Positions 61,893-64,000 of a stretch of 64,000 nucleotides of DNA are shown in pieces; positions within the stretch are counted from its first letter, which is position 1; the number at the start of each line of letters is the position of its first letter. The translations under genes were made by a program, and so were the position numbers. The notes under the pieces are model-generated. The model worked only from the letters and a program-made list of their open reading frames with translations, did no database searches and was not told where the DNA came from. Source of the stretch: an uncultured Chloroflexia bacterium (lineage in GTDB: Bacteria > Chloroflexota > Anaerolineae > CG2-30-64-16); NCBI GenBank assembly GCA_963810095.1, contig CAWEMM010000006.1, positions 1 through 64,000 of the forward strand. Direction: 5' to 3'.

Positions 61893-62792
61893 TTACAGTC
61901 CTAGCGCCTCGCGCATGGCACGAATGTGCTCGGGGGTGCTCCCGCAGCATGCGCCGAGCACGTTTACGCCGAGCGCCCGCATTTTCAGCGCATAGTCGGC
62001 CATCACTTCCGGCGTGCCGTCGTAGTGAACCTGTTTGTTCTCCCACTTCGGCAGCCCCGCGTTCGATTGCGCCATGATGTAGACCCCCTGCGGCTTGACC
62101 GCCGACATCTCGGTCACGATCCGCTCGATTTCGTCCGGGCCGTTCCCGCAGTTCGCGCCGAGAACGACGATGCCAAGGTCGTACAGTGCCTCGACGGCCG
62201 CGGCAGGCTTTACGCCCATCATGGTGCGGAACTTCGTGTCGAACGTCATGGTCGCCGCAATGGGCCGATCCGACGCCGACTTGATGCCCTCGACCGCCGC
62301 AGTCACCTCTTCCAGCGCGCTCATCGTCTCAATCAGGAAGAAGTCGACGCCGCCCTCAGCCAGCGCTTTAGCCTGCTCGGCGAACGCGTCGCGCACCTCT
62401 TCGGCCGTGGTGGTGCCCAGGGGTGCGAGGATTTCGCCGGATGGACCAATGTCGCCGGCAACCAGCACCTCGTGACCGCCGGAGCGGGTTGCCGCGTCCG
62501 CGACCTCCCGCGCAATTCGAGCGGCGGCCAGGTTGAACTCGGCCACCCGATCCTGGTGGTTGTGCAGGGCGAGCCGGTAGCGATTGCCGCCGAAGCTATT
62601 CGTCGTAATGATCTGGCTCCCCGCGTCGACGTAGGCCTGGTGAATGCCCTTGAGGACGTCCGGCCGCTCTACGTTCCACTCCTCGGGCGAGCCGCCGCTC
62701 GTCAGGCCGGCCGAGTGCAGCATCGTGCCCATCGCGCCATCACCGATGACGAAGCTCTGATTGCGGCTCAGAAAGTCCAGCAGCTTGTCCAC
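61893..62792 (-). CDS. homocysteine S-methyltransferase family protein (stand-alone MetH N-terminal domain)
   Basis: DGAMGTML, TNSFGG, GDIGP, ETMS, GANCG, SNAGLP, GACCG. Confidence 0.9.
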   Translation of the reverse strand: MDKLLDFLSRNQSFVIGDGAMGTMLHSAGLTSGGSPEEWNVERPDVLKGIHQAYVDAGSQIITTNSFGGNRYRLALHNHQDRVAEFNLAAARIAREVADAATRSGGHEVLVAGDIGPSGEILAPLGTTTAEEVRDAFAEQAKALAEGGVDFFLIETMSALEEVTAAVEGIKSASDRPIAATMTFDTKFRTMMGVKPAAAVEALYDLGIVVLGANCGNGPDEIERIVTEMSAVKPQGVYIMAQSNAGLPKWENKQVHYDGTPEVMADYALKMRALGVNVLGACCGSTPEHIRAMREALGL

Positions 62793-62793
62793 A

Positions 62794-63477
62794 TCAAGCC
62801 CCCTTCTTGATCTGCATGGTGGCACGGGCGGCGTCGACCGCCTCGGCGGCATCCTTGCAATAGCGGTCCGCGCCGATGTCCTCGGCAAACGCGCTGTTAA
62901 GCGGCGCACCGCCTACGAGCACCGTGATCTTGTCACGCAGCCCCTCGGCCTGCAGGCGTTCGATGACAGTAGCCATGTAGGGCATCGTAGTCGTCAGGAG
63001 CGCGGACATGCCCAGGATGTCGGCGTTCGTCTCGCGCAGCTTATCGAGGAACTTGTCGGCATCCACGTTCACGCCCAGGTTGTGCACTTCAAACCCCGCG
63101 CCCTCCCACATCATGGCCACGAGGTTCTTGCCGATGTCGTGAATATCGCCTTTGACTGTGCCGATCACCGCGATACCGATTTTGGGCACGCCGGTCTCCG
63201 TCAGGAGCGGACGCAGGATCTCCATCGCGGCCTTCATGGCGTTCGCCGCGCGCAGGACCTCTGGCACAAACAAGATGCCGGCGCCGAAGTCCTTGCCGAC
63301 GATGTCCATGCCGGCCACGAGGCCGTGCGCCAGGACGTCGCCCGGGGTCTGCTCCCACTCGAGCGCCTGCTTTGTGGCAGCCACGACGGCCTCTTTGACG
63401 CCGTCGTAGAGGTCGTCCTGCATGTTCAGGTAGTGCTCCTGCATCTCGGCCGGCAGATTCTCGAACGTACTCACCAT
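62794..63477 (-). CDS. corrinoid (B12-binding) protein
   Basis: LFVPEVL cap domain; GTVKGDIHDIGKNLV (DxHxxG), SALLTTT, VGGAP. Confidence 0.92.
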   Translation of the reverse strand: MVSTFENLPAEMQEHYLNMQDDLYDGVKEAVVAATKQALEWEQTPGDVLAHGLVAGMDIVGKDFGAGILFVPEVLRAANAMKAAMEILRPLLTETGVPKIGIAVIGTVKGDIHDIGKNLVAMMWEGAGFEVHNLGVNVDADKFLDKLRETNADILGMSALLTTTMPYMATVIERLQAEGLRDKITVLVGGAPLNSAFAEDIGADRYCKDAAEAVDAARATMQIKKGA

Positions 63478-63554
63478 TATCACTCTTTCTTCACTAAACC
63501 CATCAGGAACCAGATTCCTTCCATGAAACCCGGTTGCCTGACTCTCTTATTTCT

Positions 63555-64000
63555 CTACTTCCCCAGCATCGCCGCGATATGTGCCACGTGTTCTTCGTCG
63601 TGTGCGCTGAGGGCTTCGACCTGGTCGCGCAGGGTTACCGCCCCCAGCTCGGCGTGGACGCCCGTACGCGCCCGGGTCATGGCGGGCAAGTTCTCCAGGA
63701 AGGTCACCGTCTCCCGGCGCAGCATGCCCAGGGTCTCGAGCAGGATGCCGACCGGTGTGTCCGGGTCGTAATCACCCGTGATGCACCCGATGGCGGTCAC
63801 ACGTGGGTTTTCCTCAAGCGTCATGCGCGCGAGGCGGGCGCGATAGGGGGACTCGATCGCACACATGTGGCCGATGATCTCGCAGACGGACCACTCGTCG
63901 CGAGCGGGACGCACGCATGCGTCTGGCCCGAGATCGGCAGCCAAAGCCGCCAGGCGATCGGGTACAGAACGCAGTTGGGCCAACAGATCGTTCCAGGTTA
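63555..64000 (-). CDS. DinB family protein (5' end outside the window)
   Basis: WSVCEIIGH...E, terminal HDEEH. Confidence 0.8.
   Translation of the reverse strand, partial: TWNDLLAQLRSVPDRLAALAADLGPDACVRPARDEWSVCEIIGHMCAIESPYRARLARMTLEENPRVTAIGCITGDYDPDTPVGILLETLGMLRRETVTFLENLPAMTRARTGVHAELGAVTLRDQVEALSAHDEEHVAHIAAMLGK

Noticed and set aside
63480-63555. SAM or cobalamin riboswitch before the corrinoid gene
   Set aside because: Only ~75 bp with one imperfect hairpin; no recognisable aptamer motifs.

Overview
GC-rich bacterial window. Gene content (rpsF-ssb-rpsR-PPIase, long Rel, split MetH modules, giant secreted repeat proteins) suggests Chloroflexota (Anaerolineae/Caldilineae-like); this is an inference. 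Single-base indels break many genes, including housekeeping ppk1, so most frameshifts are probably long-read errors. Layout: (1) 1-10.6 kb, a minus-strand stress/desiccation-type cluster (eRF1-like, PRC-barrel, catalase-like, two LEA-like repeat proteins, DUF1003, RNase II/R, GlsB) with a GAF-HisKA_3/NarL two-component pair and a ~110-bp promoter module repeated four times. (2) ~11-24.8 kb, a decayed integrative element with a tyrosine integrase next to a 46-bp copy of the tRNA-Pro 3' end. It holds phage-like genes, higBA with a dead toxin, and the best candidate novel system: m4C-type methyltransferase, ECF-like sigma factor, HTH-like protein, IrrE/ImmA protease, NurA-like nuclease and HerA ATPase. 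A bipartite motif TGTCGAACTT-N13-GGGWACA occurs both inside the sigma gene and upstream of nurA-herA. (3) 24.8-27.9 kb, a second, integrase-less 3-kb element in the same tRNA-Pro(CGG), carrying AbiEi/AbiEii, with repeated dyads at both ends. (4) 28-64 kb, core chromosome: K+ channel, rpsF/ssb/rpsR, PPIase, rel, tRNA-Arg(UCG), two M28 peptidase/Ig-repeat proteins, an ~11-kb SdrD-B repeat gene, META lipoprotein, ppk1, an ATL protein and corrinoid/homocysteine methyltransferase genes. All calls come from reading motifs by eye; no database searches were run.
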